64,000 bases of DNA from Candidatus Omnitrophota bacterium (GCA_041649175.1 JBAZNR010000003.1:79449-143448), one strand, 5' to 3'; counted from the first letter of the stretch, positions 19,221 to 29,112 are shown. Notes: generated by a model not told the origin, from the sequence alone. Numbers and translations are program-made.

Positions 19221-20021
19221 TTATCCGACCTCTTCAATGCATTTTTTGACCATATGGTAATCAATGGTAAATGTTTCCCCAACAAATCCGGCCAGCAAGG
19301 CGCGATCGCAAAGAATGTTAACGAGCCGGGGAGTTCCGGACGAATAAAGATATATCTCTTCAACGGCTTCCGGCGTGAATGTCAATTCCCGGGAGGCGCC
19401 GGCGACGTTGAGTCGATGGGTAATATAGTTCTTTAATTCTGCCTTAGCGAGTGGGCGTATATGGTAACGGACCGCGACGCGTTGATTTAATTGGCGCAGG
19501 GAAGAAAGTTTGAGCTTATCTCCAAGCTCCGGCTGTCCAACAAGAATGAGCTGCAAAAGTTTTTCTTTTTCGGTTTCCAGGTTGGATAAGAGGCGCACTT
19601 GTTCCAATTGACTTTCTTTAAGGTTCTGAGCTTCGTCGATGATAACGACAACATTATTTCCATGACTTGATTCTTGAAGTAGAAATTCGTTCAAAGCTTC
19701 AATAAGGGCGGCCTTGTTCTTATTTTTTGGGGTTAACCCAAAGTCTTTCATAATAAGTTGTAATAATTGAAGTTCGGAGAAATTTGGATAAAGAATGAAG
19801 GCTGTTTTCGTGCGGTTGTCCAGCGTATTTAAAAGGGCCCGGCACAACGTTGTTTTTCCGGTTCCGATCTCACCAGTAATGACTAAAATACCTTTTCTTT
19901 GCTGAATGCCGTAAGCTAAATGCGAAAAAGCTTCTTGATGGCAGCTGCTGGAATAGAAAAAACTCGGGTCGGAAGTGATGCTAAAAGGATTTTCCTTGAG
20001 TCCGTAAAATGCTTTATACAT
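19221..20021 (-). CDS. exeA: ExeA/GspA-like AAA ATPase
   Basis: MYKAFYGLKENPFSITSDPSFFY...H.EAFSHLAYGI...GILVITGEIGTGKTTLCRALL: the characteristic ExeA N-terminus and Walker A, then Walker B VVIIDEAQNL. Confidence 0.75.
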   Translation of the reverse strand: MYKAFYGLKENPFSITSDPSFFYSSSCHQEAFSHLAYGIQQRKGILVITGEIGTGKTTLCRALLNTLDNRTKTAFILYPNFSELQLLQLIMKDFGLTPKNKNKAALIEALNEFLLQESSHGNNVVVIIDEAQNLKESQLEQVRLLSNLETEKEKLLQLILVGQPELGDKLKLSSLRQLNQRVAVRYHIRPLAKAELKNYITHRLNVAGASRELTFTPEAVEEIYLYSSGTPRLVNILCDRALLAGFVGETFTIDYHMVKKCIEEVG

Positions 20022-20090
20022 GTGCCCGATTATATCACGCGAGGCCTTTGAAGAAAAGGGCAGATTTATTTTTAGCTTAGAAAAAAAGAG

Positions 20091-20118
20091 TTGCCGCTAA
20101 AACAAAACATGATATACT
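20091..20118 (+). promoter_or_regulatory. sigma70-like promoter in the divergent exeA/pilZ intergenic region
   Basis: TTGCCG (20091-20096), 16-nt spacer, TATACT (20113-20118). Confidence 0.3.
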
Positions 20119-20188
20119 CTAAGTGGATGAAAGCCACGGCATCCTAAATGAAACGTTAAAAGCGTTTGCATTAAAAAGGATACGTGGC

Positions 20189-20542
20189 ATGTTTATTTCA
20201 GAGGAAGAAAAGACCGACAAAAGACAATTCAGGCGAGCCCGGTTTAACGAAGCTGTTCATTTCCAGGCCAGAGATGCCGGCAGGTCCGGTGGATGCCTTT
20301 CGTGCGACATCAGCGAAACCGGAATGAAGATCAATATAGATGATTTTGTTCCTGTCCATAGCGAAATGATCCTCCAAACGAAGCTAGCCAATATTGACAC
20401 AGTGGTTGATTTGAAAGGTAAAGTAGCCTGGCTGCAACAAATTCCGTATTCCGACCGGTATTATGTTGGTGTTGAATTTACCAATGTTGACCCCGTCCAA
20501 AGAGAAGGAATCCGCAGTTACCTCAGATCACATCGGTTCTAA
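20189..20542 (+). CDS. PilZ-domain protein (c-di-GMP binding)
   Basis: RRARFNEAVHF ... CDISETGMKI matches the PilZ RxxxR ... D/NxSxxG signature. ATG 20189 with AAAGGA 8 nt upstream. The GTG at 20123 used by the track lies upstream of the predicted -10 box, so I consider it less likely. Confidence 0.6.
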   Translation: MFISEEEKTDKRQFRRARFNEAVHFQARDAGRSGGCLSCDISETGMKINIDDFVPVHSEMILQTKLANIDTVVDLKGKVAWLQQIPYSDRYYVGVEFTNVDPVQREGIRSYLRSHRF

Positions 20543-20603
20543 CCAGTTTTAAAAATCACGAAGGCCTATTGATGAACTCTAGGAAAGGAGTATAATATCT
20601 ACC

Positions 20604-20792
20604 ATGGCTGAAGAAAAAAAGGAAGCAAAGCAAGAGGTAAAAGTTGTTGAAGCGGTTAAGAATTGTACTGGCTGCAACAAGCCGATGAAAAAGGTCAAGC
20701 GATATTACCGCAACGGGAAATATTATTGCAATAAAAGGTGTTTTAAGAACGCCAATACGAAAGATTCTGCGAAAGAATCCGACAAAGAGTAG
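20604..20792 (+). CDS. small Lys-rich Cys4 zinc-ribbon protein (TRASH/YHS-like spacing)
   Basis: CTGC-x17-CNKRC. Near-consensus promoter TTGATG-16-TATAAT (20569-20596) ends 7 nt before the ATG, so the transcript may be leaderless. Confidence 0.4.
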   Translation: MAEEKKEAKQEVKVVEAVKNCTGCNKPMKKVKRYYRNGKYYCNKRCFKNANTKDSAKESDKE

Positions 20793-20814
20793 GCCTTAAC
20801 AAAGGAACGTTTCT

Positions 20815-21183
20815 TTGATCAATCATTCCCAAGAACGACGTAAACATCGGCGCCTGGATAATAACATTGCCCTTAAGATCTCCGGCTCCGATGCCGATAT
20901 TGTCACGGAGACAAGAAATCTTAGCTGTTCGGGGGCATATTGCAAAGTTGATAAATCTCTTGAGCTGATGGCGAAGCTTAAGATCCATTTGCTTCTTCCA
21001 TTCAAAAAAAATAAGAAAACAACAACGAAGCGTGTATCCTGCCAAGGCGTGGTTGTCCGCGTAGATCCTCAGCCGCAGAGCGATTTTTGCTATGCGGCGA
21101 TTTATTTTAATGATATTTCGGAAAAAGACCGAAAGCATATTGAAGATTATATCGAATCCGTTCTAGCGCCAAAGACGAGCTAA
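20815..21183 (+). CDS. PilZ-domain protein
   Basis: ERRKHRRLDNNIALKI ... TETRNLSCSGAYC (RxxxR ... NxSxxG). Confidence 0.55.
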   Translation: MINHSQERRKHRRLDNNIALKISGSDADIVTETRNLSCSGAYCKVDKSLELMAKLKIHLLLPFKKNKKTTTKRVSCQGVVVRVDPQPQSDFCYAAIYFNDISEKDRKHIEDYIESVLAPKTS

Positions 21184-21316
21184 CCTTTTCCTTTTTTTAG
21201 ATCACAGATCAATGTTTCTCGACCATTATATTTGCCATCTCGTTGGGTTTGATTTAAACAAAGAATCCATCGCTATTGATGGCATTGTTCAAAAGGGAGG
21301 CTAAAAGAAATTTATC

Positions 21317-21490
21317 ATGGAAAATGCGATCAATGTGAGCGTAACGCCCATTCAGTTATTATTGTCTTTGCTGTTTCAGGTTTGGATCATTGTTTTTCCG
21401 ATCATCATTATTAGGAAATTGAATCACTTAACAGCTTTGCTGCAAGAGCAATTTAGCTCAGACGAAGAATCGTCATCCGATCAATCGTAA
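21317..21490 (+). CDS. small hydrophobic protein (57 aa), hypothetical
   Basis: Not in the supplied track. MENAINVSVTPIQLLLSLLFQVWIIVFPIIIIRKLNHLTALLQEQFSSDEESSSDQS. GGGAGG RBS. Fills the gap before rluA. Confidence 0.3.
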   Translation: MENAINVSVTPIQLLLSLLFQVWIIVFPIIIIRKLNHLTALLQEQFSSDEESSSDQS

Positions 21491-21491
21491 A

Positions 21492-22187
21492 ATGCAAAGA
21501 TCGTTCATCGAATCCGGCTCAAGGATTATCCCTATTTTATATGAGGATAATTATTACGTGGTTTTTGATAAGCCGGCAGGCCTTCTGGTCATTCCCACAC
21601 CCCAAAAAGAAAAAAATACCCTTGTTGATATCGTTAATTCTTGGTATTCTGCCAAAGAAAAAGGTGCTTATCTGCATCCGTGCCATCGCATTGACCGCGA
21701 TACCAGCGGGATCATTCTTTTTGCCAAGGGCAAACATCATCAGCAGTTAATGATGGATGAGTTTAAAAAGCGTCATGTTAAGAAAAAATATATCGCTTTT
21801 TTAAACGGAAGACTTTTGAGAAGGCAGGCGGAAATACGCAGTGCGGTTAAAGATTTTGACCAGCAAAGGTATTCGCAAAATCTTCCGCCCAAGTTAGCCA
21901 TTACGCGTTATCATGTTGTGGAGATCAGAAAGGCATTTACCATTGCGGAGGTTTATCCTGTAACAGGCCGGACGAACCAGATCCGTATCCAATTTAGCCA
22001 GATCGGATATCCGCTTTTAGGCGACCGGAAATATGCGATCGGCAAGGATTTTCTCGTTAAGTTTCGCCGCGTGGCGTTACATGCGCAAGAGTTGCAGTGG
22101 CGGCATCCTATTCTAAACAAAACGGTGAAGGTGATAGCGCCTTTGCCTAAAGATATGGAGGAATTTCTTGTCAGAAATCAAGATTAA
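21492..22187 (+). CDS. RluA-family pseudouridine synthase
   Basis: VVFDKPAGLLV ... HRIDRDTSGIILFAK catalytic-Asp motif. 231 aa. Confidence 0.8.
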   Translation: MQRSFIESGSRIIPILYEDNYYVVFDKPAGLLVIPTPQKEKNTLVDIVNSWYSAKEKGAYLHPCHRIDRDTSGIILFAKGKHHQQLMMDEFKKRHVKKKYIAFLNGRLLRRQAEIRSAVKDFDQQRYSQNLPPKLAITRYHVVEIRKAFTIAEVYPVTGRTNQIRIQFSQIGYPLLGDRKYAIGKDFLVKFRRVALHAQELQWRHPILNKTVKVIAPLPKDMEEFLVRNQD

Positions 22188-22482
22188 GGGCCAGGCCCTC
22201 AATGAACTAGCGAAAATGTGCCATCAGGTCGCCGTTGAAAAAGGATTTTGGGACAAAGAACGCAATCTTGGTGAAGCTTTGATGTTGATCGTCACGGAGT
22301 TAGCCGAAGCGATGGAAGCGCATCGCCTGCAAGATCAAGAAAACTTTAAAGAAGAGCTTGCCGATACATTTATCCGCCTGCTTGATCTATGCGGCGGCCT
22401 AAATATTGATATTGAAGAAGAGATCGCTAAAAAGTATGAACGTAATAAAAAACGGCCGTATCGTCACGGAAAGATCTGCTAA
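22168..22482 (+). CDS. MazG-like nucleotide pyrophosphohydrolase (small single-domain type)
   Basis: LIVTELAEAMEAHR...EELADTFIRLLDL: the paired EExxE/D metal-binding helices of the MazG/NTP-PPase fold. Confidence 0.55.
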   Translation: MSEIKIKGQALNELAKMCHQVAVEKGFWDKERNLGEALMLIVTELAEAMEAHRLQDQENFKEELADTFIRLLDLCGGLNIDIEEEIAKKYERNKKRPYRHGKIC

Positions 22483-22514
22483 CGCGTGTTAACCCATAAC
22501 CCATAGGAAAAAAT

Positions 22515-23018
22515 ATGCGTAAAATTCTCATTGTCGTGTGTGTTTCAATTCTTTGCCTTTCGGGAGGATGCTGCTTTTTAAGTTCGAATTGTGTTTCTTC
22601 GAGCGGGTTGGACCGAGATTTTGAAAGATTTATCAGTTTAAGAAAGAAGTTGTCGGAAGAGCGAAACGAGCGCCGCATTAAAAACATAGAATTTGCCATC
22701 GCCGAATACTATTTTAAGATCAATGATTTTGTGGATGCCAGGCTTGCTTTTGAAGACTATAAGAAAAATCGGCTTGCGGATTTGCATATCCTTTTGGCGA
22801 ATTGTTATCTTTACAAGATAGCTCAAACCGCTGGCCAAGCACAAATAACGGAAGATCTTAAGAAAGAAATTTTTAATAAACAGTTCGTGCTCTTGTTCGA
22901 CCGCTACAAAAGCATTAAGTATAAATCTTTGCTTGGCAGCCAGTACGAAATCCTCTATTTTGTCGACAAAATCGATGTTTTCTTAAACGGAGATGTTTTT
23001 GTCCAGATTGTCCCTTAG
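22515..23018 (+). CDS. lipoprotein, hypothetical
   Basis: Signal peptide and Cys-rich lipobox region (LCLSGGCC). No recognisable domain. Confidence 0.4.
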   Translation: MRKILIVVCVSILCLSGGCCFLSSNCVSSSGLDRDFERFISLRKKLSEERNERRIKNIEFAIAEYYFKINDFVDARLAFEDYKKNRLADLHILLANCYLYKIAQTAGQAQITEDLKKEIFNKQFVLLFDRYKSIKYKSLLGSQYEILYFVDKIDVFLNGDVFVQIVP

Positions 23019-25080
23019 GGATTGCGCCAGATTTCTATTGCCGTTTGGGCTTTGCTTTTTGGTTGTTGCCCCCGTTTATCCGCTTACGAGTTTTCTCTCC
23101 AGGATAATCCTTAACCAGGTCAATGTTTCTGCCGGAAAAACGTTACAAGTCAGCGGACTGATCTTTTCTCGGCCCGGAAAAATGATTTTACAGGAAGTGT
23201 TTTTAGAATTTCCTGAAAACCGTATTTTCTTGGCCGACCGTGGATTTGTTTATTACGCCTTATCTGATCTGTGGAAAGGAGATTTGGTGATCAGAAAAGC
23301 TGTTATGAAAAACGGCCACATTGACCGCTGGAAAAAAGAAATCGTTCAAAATATACAGCAATCATTAATAGCAAAGCAAGGAATTCATCAAAAGAGAGAT
23401 GAAAAAGTTTTTGATGTCCCCGAGTACCAGAATATTTGTTTTCAAAATTTTGCGGTTAAGCTTCCCGATCTTCCCGGAAGTAAGGATGCCGGAATACTTC
23501 TTTTAGATTTTTGCCTCACGGCGAGCAATTCTTACGGTAAATGCCAAGGGCAGGTGCGTTATCGCGGACCGATCGCGGAAAAAAGTTTTGCGCAGAAGAT
23601 CTTTATCCAGGGTGTTAATTTCCTAGCTGATGTTGAATTTTTATCGGGCGATCTTCTGATCAATCACGCGGATTTCTCCTATAAACAATTTGTTTTTCGA
23701 GGAACGGGGATGATCAGGGATCTTGCCTATCAGCCGAATATTTCCATTAAATTCCATTCGGATCCGGTTCGCCTGGATCAAATGGCGAATTTAAAACAGC
23801 TTTCGCCTCAGGGCGGCGAAATAAGCTTAACCGGCGAGCTGATCGGAAATCTTGAACGCATTGATTTTCAGTCAGAATTATCCATGCCATCGGTAGAATT
23901 GAATATCGACAAAGATCTTTTAAAACTAGACAATCTTACAGGGCGTTTCCGATATCAATTGCCGGGTAATACGCTCGTTGTTGAGCAATTAAGCGGGATC
24001 GTAGATGATGAAACGCAATTTAATTTACGCGGGAATGTGATTAACATTTTCTCTCCGCGCCTGGACCTTCGTTGTGATATTTTTCAGCGTCCGGATAAAC
24101 GTGAAAGATCAAGGAAGGCCAAGCTCATTCTTGCGGCCTTTTTTAAAGGGCGATGGGGAAAAGACGGTTTTTTGGGGCAAGTTGACATTGTCCATGATTA
24201 TTCTAAGGATAAGCAATATCGATGTCGCATGAAGGATCTTTTATTCTTTCCGGGAAGATCTTCCAAGTCATGGGACGTCAAAACACATGGTGTTTTCTTT
24301 GAAGAGCTAAAAAGAGAAGAAAAATCGTCAAAGGTGGTTCAGGGTTTTGAATTTAAAACTGCCGATTTAAAGTTCCATACGAAAGGCAAAACGACATGGC
24401 TGGATGATTTTTCGATGCCGGGCTATGGCGGAGTGGTTTTGGCTAAGGGGGCGATCAATTTTCGAAATGGGCTTAGCCGCTATTTTCTACAGCTTAATTT
24501 TGAGAATTTAGATTTAAAAAATGTTAAGCTATTTGACCCTCTTACTTGTGACATTTCAGGCATTGTCAGCGGCTCGATCGAAATAAAAAACCAGGACGTA
24601 TCTGTTCTTCGAGGTACAATTGCGGCGCAAAATTTTTCGTTGAAAAATTTTGCGCCCCTAGACAAGGTTTCGGAATTTATCGGCATAGATTCCTTGCGAG
24701 AGGTTCAGGGGAAAAATGTTATTATTGATTTTGAATTGACCGACCAGAAAACGCTGATTAGCCGCCTGGACCTAGACGGTGACCATGTTCAATTGCGTTC
24801 TCGCTTTGACGTTGATCAGCGTCCTTGGCTGGATGGCGTTGTGGCGCTTAGCTTACCTAGGGCTTCTTTAGAACAATCAAAAATATTCAAGACTTTGCTT
24901 TCCATTGCGCGTGAACGGGATCAATTATTAGATTTTGTTGTTCATGTAAGCGGTTTTTCAACATCGCTTCGCACCGAGCTTATCGAGAGCAATTTTCGGG
25001 ACAAATTAAAAGAACAGATCGGGGTCAAGGTCCAGCGCTATATTGAACAAAAAGTTAATCAAGCTGTTGAGGGCCCGTAG
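22993..25080 (+). CDS. large membrane-anchored hypothetical protein (possibly AsmA/TamB-like)
   Basis: 695 aa, N-terminal TM, long beta-rich body. Overlaps the preceding lipoprotein gene by 26 nt. Confidence 0.35.
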   Translation: MFLSRLSLRDCARFLLPFGLCFLVVAPVYPLTSFLSRIILNQVNVSAGKTLQVSGLIFSRPGKMILQEVFLEFPENRIFLADRGFVYYALSDLWKGDLVIRKAVMKNGHIDRWKKEIVQNIQQSLIAKQGIHQKRDEKVFDVPEYQNICFQNFAVKLPDLPGSKDAGILLLDFCLTASNSYGKCQGQVRYRGPIAEKSFAQKIFIQGVNFLADVEFLSGDLLINHADFSYKQFVFRGTGMIRDLAYQPNISIKFHSDPVRLDQMANLKQLSPQGGEISLTGELIGNLERIDFQSELSMPSVELNIDKDLLKLDNLTGRFRYQLPGNTLVVEQLSGIVDDETQFNLRGNVINIFSPRLDLRCDIFQRPDKRERSRKAKLILAAFFKGRWGKDGFLGQVDIVHDYSKDKQYRCRMKDLLFFPGRSSKSWDVKTHGVFFEELKREEKSSKVVQGFEFKTADLKFHTKGKTTWLDDFSMPGYGGVVLAKGAINFRNGLSRYFLQLNFENLDLKNVKLFDPLTCDISGIVSGSIEIKNQDVSVLRGTIAAQNFSLKNFAPLDKVSEFIGIDSLREVQGKNVIIDFELTDQKTLISRLDLDGDHVQLRSRFDVDQRPWLDGVVALSLPRASLEQSKIFKTLLSIARERDQLLDFVVHVSGFSTSLRTELIESNFRDKLKEQIGVKVQRYIEQKVNQAVEGP

Positions 25081-25104
25081 GTTTTTGTCCTCTCGATTAG
25101 GGCA

Positions 25105-25133
25105 TTGACCATCTGATTGGAAAACGATATAAT
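25105..25133 (+). promoter_or_regulatory. near-consensus sigma70 promoter
   Basis: TTGACC (25105-25110), 17-nt spacer, TATAAT (25128-25133), upstream of the lipoprotein gene. Confidence 0.45.
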
Positions 25134-25188
25134 GGGGCAGTTTTAATAGCTCAACAACCTAGTGACGGATTTGAAAGGGGCAGGTTTA

Positions 25189-25644
25189 ATGAAAAAGATA
25201 TTATCCATAGCGATGGCGCTTCTGCTGGCAGGATGTGTCACGGTTAAGATCCCAAAGTACCTTCAAGATGAATTTCCTTATAAAAAACAATATTTTCATA
25301 ATTTTGACGATACGTTAGCCGCCACAACCAAGGCCCTGGAGAATTTAGGCTGGCGTATTTCTGAAACAACCCACCCGTCGGTTTTTGAGCATGGCCCTGA
25401 CACCCAGGAAAGCGGTCCGCGACAGGTCCTTATTTTTACTGAGGTCCGCCAAACGCCTTTGATCTTGTCTTCGCGGTATATGAGCCTCAATGTTTATCTG
25501 AAGCAAGCAGATGGTAATAGCACGGATGTTGAAATTCGTTATGTCTCGGTGATGCCGGTCTTGTTTAAGAGCGTCCAAAATTATAAGAATGATTCTGTCG
25601 TCTATAAGATCTTTGATCAGATCTCAGAATTACTAGAAAAATAG
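25189..25644 (+). CDS. lipoprotein, hypothetical
   Basis: MKKILSIAMALLLAGC signal/lipobox. AGGGGCAGG RBS. The track ORF starts at an upstream in-frame Met (25162). Confidence 0.45.
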   Translation: MKKILSIAMALLLAGCVTVKIPKYLQDEFPYKKQYFHNFDDTLAATTKALENLGWRISETTHPSVFEHGPDTQESGPRQVLIFTEVRQTPLILSSRYMSLNVYLKQADGNSTDVEIRYVSVMPVLFKSVQNYKNDSVVYKIFDQISELLEK

Positions 25645-25674
25645 CCGCGTTTCTTTTCTCGTCTCGGTTCTGGC

Positions 25675-27654
25675 ATGGAAAAATTCATCCTGAAGTCCAA
25701 GTTTCGCCCTGTTGCGGAACAGCAAAAGGCTGCTCGTCAGCTTATGAGCGGCATAAAGCAGGGTCATAAGGCCCAAGTCCTTTTGGGCGTAACGGGAAGC
25801 GGAAAGACCTTTACGCTGGCGAATGTTATTAAAGAGCTTAATCGACCCGCCCTAGTTATCTCGCATAATAAAACCCTAGCCGCTCAGCTTTATAGTGAGT
25901 TCAAAGAATTTTTTCCGCAAAACGCTGTTGAATATTTTGTTAGTTACTACGATTATTACCAGCCGGAAGCTTACATCCCCCAAACCGATGTTTATATCGA
26001 AAAAGATGCGTCCATCAATGATCGCCTGGACCGCCTGAGATTATCAGCGACGACGTCTTTGATGTCCCGGCGCGATGTCATTATCGTATCAAGTGTTTCG
26101 TGTATCTATAATTTGGGAGCGCCTTCGGACTACAAAGAATCACTCGTGCATTTAGAGAAAGAACAAAAAATCGACCGCGATCAGGTTATCGCAAGATTGG
26201 TGGATATTCAGTATGAGCGCAATGATTATGAATTTTCCAGAGGGAAGATCAGGGTGCGAGGAGATGTGGTGGAAGTTTTTCCGGCTTATCGGCAGGACGC
26301 GCTGCGGGTAGAATTTTGCGGTGATTCGATCGAAAAGATCACCCAGATCGATCCCTTAACGTCAAAAACACAAGTTGAGCTGGAGAAGATCGCTATTTAC
26401 CCGGCTAAACATTTTGTTGTTTCTTCGCCTCGCGTTGAAGAGGCCATTGAAACGATCCACCGGGAATTAGCTCAGCGCGTGGATGTTCTCAATAAGCAGG
26501 GAAAATTGCTTGAGGCTCAGCGTCTGAATTCCCGAACACGCTATGATATGGAGATGCTAAAAGAAATCGGATATTGCCACGGCATTGAAAATTATTCTTG
26601 TCCGCTTTCGGGCAGGCCGCCGGGAAGCAGGCCGTTCTCGCTTTTGGACTATTTTCCAAATGATTTTATTACCATTATTGATGAGTCGCATGTAACGGTT
26701 CCGCAGATCAACGGAATGTATGAGGGGGATCGTTCGCGCAAAGAAACTTTAGTCCAACATGGATTTCGCCTTCCATCATGTTTGGATAATCGTCCGTTGA
26801 AATTCAAAGAATTTATGGAAATCATAGGGCAAAGGGTTTATGTCTCCGCGACGCCGACAGATTTTGAGAAAAACGATAGCGGGCAAAGGATCACTGAGCA
26901 GATCATTCGTCCTACCGGTATTGTTGATCCGCCCATTGTTGTCCGTCCTTCTCGAGGGCAAGTGGACGATCTCGTTAAAGAGATCTGCGAACGCGCCAAG
27001 AAAAAAGAACGGACTTTGGTGACAACGTTAACTAAGAAAATGTCCGAAGACCTTTCCGCTTATTTAGAAGAACAAGGAATAAAGGTAAAGTATCTACATT
27101 CGGACATTGAAACGATCGACCGAACAAAGATCTTAAAAGAACTTCGTCAGAAGAAATTTGACTGCCTGGTAGGGATTAATTTATTAAGAGAAGGTTTGGA
27201 CTTGCCCGAAGTTTCTCTGGTGGCGATCTTTGATGCCGACAAAGAAGGATTTTTGCGCTCCCAAACATCGCTCATTCAAACGGCCGGCCGCGCGGCCCGA
27301 AATATGAACGGCATGGTCATTATGTATGCGGATACGGTCACGACAGCTATGCGTAAAACCATCGAAGAATGCGAGCGGCGGCGAGAAATACAGCTAGCGT
27401 TCAATAAAAAACATCACATTACACCTACCTCGATCAAGAAAGCGATCCGGGAGGGAATTGAAGGATCAGAAGAAGCGCAGGAAATCGTCCTGGATGCCGT
27501 AGGGCAAAAAAGCGAAGAGTATGAGCTTTCGGAATTTGTCAGTGCATTAGAGCAGGAAATGGAGCTAGCCGCGCGCAATCTTCAATTCGAGCGGGCCGCG
27601 ATCTTGCGGGATAAGATCAAAGAACTAAAGAATATCAAAGTGAAAAACCGCTAA
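25675..27654 (+). CDS. uvrB: excinuclease ABC subunit B
   Basis: LLGVTGSGKTFTLANVI Walker A, YYDYYQPEAYIP beta-hairpin region, C-terminal UvrB/UvrC interaction helix. 659 aa. Confidence 0.9.
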   Translation: MEKFILKSKFRPVAEQQKAARQLMSGIKQGHKAQVLLGVTGSGKTFTLANVIKELNRPALVISHNKTLAAQLYSEFKEFFPQNAVEYFVSYYDYYQPEAYIPQTDVYIEKDASINDRLDRLRLSATTSLMSRRDVIIVSSVSCIYNLGAPSDYKESLVHLEKEQKIDRDQVIARLVDIQYERNDYEFSRGKIRVRGDVVEVFPAYRQDALRVEFCGDSIEKITQIDPLTSKTQVELEKIAIYPAKHFVVSSPRVEEAIETIHRELAQRVDVLNKQGKLLEAQRLNSRTRYDMEMLKEIGYCHGIENYSCPLSGRPPGSRPFSLLDYFPNDFITIIDESHVTVPQINGMYEGDRSRKETLVQHGFRLPSCLDNRPLKFKEFMEIIGQRVYVSATPTDFEKNDSGQRITEQIIRPTGIVDPPIVVRPSRGQVDDLVKEICERAKKKERTLVTTLTKKMSEDLSAYLEEQGIKVKYLHSDIETIDRTKILKELRQKKFDCLVGINLLREGLDLPEVSLVAIFDADKEGFLRSQTSLIQTAGRAARNMNGMVIMYADTVTTAMRKTIEECERRREIQLAFNKKHHITPTSIKKAIREGIEGSEEAQEIVLDAVGQKSEEYELSEFVSALEQEMELAARNLQFERAAILRDKIKELKNIKVKNR

Positions 27655-27673
27655 AGGTTTTCAGAAAGCTAAA

Positions 27674-28225
27674 GTGAAAAACTTCTTTAAGCTCAGCAAT
27701 ACAAATGTGTTTTTATTTTTTGCCTGTGTTGCTGTGTTGGCCTTGGTGGTTCCTTTTTTAGTTCACGCGCGCTCAGCAGTGATCTATGTGATGAATATTT
27801 CTTTGGCGGCGGCGAATTCGTTTTTGATCTTTCTTCTTTTGACCAGCGTATTGCACAACAAGAAAACGGCGTTCACTTGGGGGATCGTGTTTCTGGCCGG
27901 TATTCTGATCGTCGCTCGGTTAGAGGCTAGCGTGACTTTAAAAGAATTTGCGTTCTTATTCTTCGCTTTAAAATCATTCTTAGCTTTTGTGAAAAGCGAT
28001 AAAACCAACAAAAAGAATTATATTGTTTTAGCGGTTTTTATGTTCGGGTTTTCTTTGTTATTCAGCAAAAAAGCGCTCATCCTGCCGGCTATTTTCGCCC
28101 TCTATGATTTTTATTTCTTTTCCGACCAGAAAATACTAAGAGTTATGAAGAAGTGGATCATTTACGCGCCGTTTATTGTCATTGGCTTTGCCTATTTCTT
28201 CTTATCAAAATATCCGAATTCTTAA
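27674..28225 (+). CDS. polytopic membrane protein, hypothetical
   Basis: About 5-6 hydrophobic segments. No recognisable motif. Confidence 0.35.
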   Translation: MKNFFKLSNTNVFLFFACVAVLALVVPFLVHARSAVIYVMNISLAAANSFLIFLLLTSVLHNKKTAFTWGIVFLAGILIVARLEASVTLKEFAFLFFALKSFLAFVKSDKTNKKNYIVLAVFMFGFSLLFSKKALILPAIFALYDFYFFSDQKILRVMKKWIIYAPFIVIGFAYFFLSKYPNS

Positions 28226-28231
28226 AGAAAA

Positions 28232-28260
28232 TTGCGAAAGGCTGGCACAGGGAGTATAAT
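28232..28260 (+). promoter_or_regulatory. sigma70-like promoter upstream of coaX
   Basis: TTGCGA (28232-28237), 17-nt spacer, TATAAT (28255-28260). Confidence 0.4.
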
Positions 28261-28293
28261 ACGAGAAACTTTTACCGGAATTAAAATGAGAAT

Positions 28294-29076
28294 GTGATTA
28301 TGGATAAAAAATATATTTTAGCGATCGACATTGGCAATACAACCGTTGCGCTGGCGGTCTTGCGTGGGGAGCGTGTTGTGAAAGTTTGGCGCGTAGAAAG
28401 CGTTTTGGAAAGCCGTGATTTAAAAGCGGAGCTAACGGTAGTTTTTAAAAGGATCAAGAACAATTATCCTGCGATCAGTAAAATAATATCCTGCAGTGTT
28501 GTTCCACGCGTGTCCCAAGTTGTCGCGTCCATCATTAAACAAGTTTTCAGGAAAGATCTTTATTTTGTCGGAGCTGACATCAAGGTTCCGATGAGAAATT
28601 GTTACCGTAATCCGCGTCAGGTTGGGCAGGACCGGTTGGTGGGCGCATATGCGGCAAAGATCCTTTACGGAGTTCCGGTGATCGTTATTGACTCCGGTAC
28701 GGCCATCACGTTTGATATTATTTCGAAAAAAGGGGAATATTTAGGGGGGATGATCATTCCCGGGCTTCGTCTTTCAACGGAATCTTTATTCAAGCGCACA
28801 GCGCTTTTGCCGAAAATAAAGATAAAAACTCCCAAGGAGATCATTGGGCGTGATACCGAAAGTAGTATTTTAAGCGGGATCTTTTATGGGTACGGGGCTT
28901 TATGCGATGGCTTGATCGATTTGATCGCGCAAAAATTAAAAGCAAAACCAAAAGTTATCCTGACTGGAGGCCATGCTCGTCTCATCCGCCGTTTTATCCG
29001 CCGTTCGAATTGTGTCATTGAAGAGGATTTGGTCTTTAAGGGAATTCATCTGATCGACCAGCACTGTTCTCGGTAG
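28294..29076 (+). CDS. coaX: type III pantothenate kinase
   Basis: ILAIDIGNTTVALAV..., VIVIDSGTAITFD, GGMIIPG: CoaX/ASKHA-fold motifs. The start may be the third codon (ATG 28300). Confidence 0.8.
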   Translation: MIMDKKYILAIDIGNTTVALAVLRGERVVKVWRVESVLESRDLKAELTVVFKRIKNNYPAISKIISCSVVPRVSQVVASIIKQVFRKDLYFVGADIKVPMRNCYRNPRQVGQDRLVGAYAAKILYGVPVIVIDSGTAITFDIISKKGEYLGGMIIPGLRLSTESLFKRTALLPKIKIKTPKEIIGRDTESSILSGIFYGYGALCDGLIDLIAQKLKAKPKVILTGGHARLIRRFIRRSNCVIEEDLVFKGIHLIDQHCSR

Positions 29077-29085
29077 CAAGGTTTG

Positions 29086-29112
29086 TTAGCACTCTGAATT
29101 TTAGAGCGCTAA
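29086..29112 (+). promoter_or_regulatory. CIRCE operator copy 1 (HrcA binding site, one mismatch)
   Basis: TTAGCACTC-N9-GAGCGCTAA versus the consensus TTAGCACTC-N9-GAGTGCTAA. Confidence 0.7.

Noticed and set aside
20123-20188. GTG at 20123 as the PilZ start (as in the ORF track)
   Set aside because: It lies upstream of the predicted -10 box (20113-20118) and its likely transcription start. The ATG at 20189 has a proper AAAGGA RBS, and the PilZ domain is complete from there.
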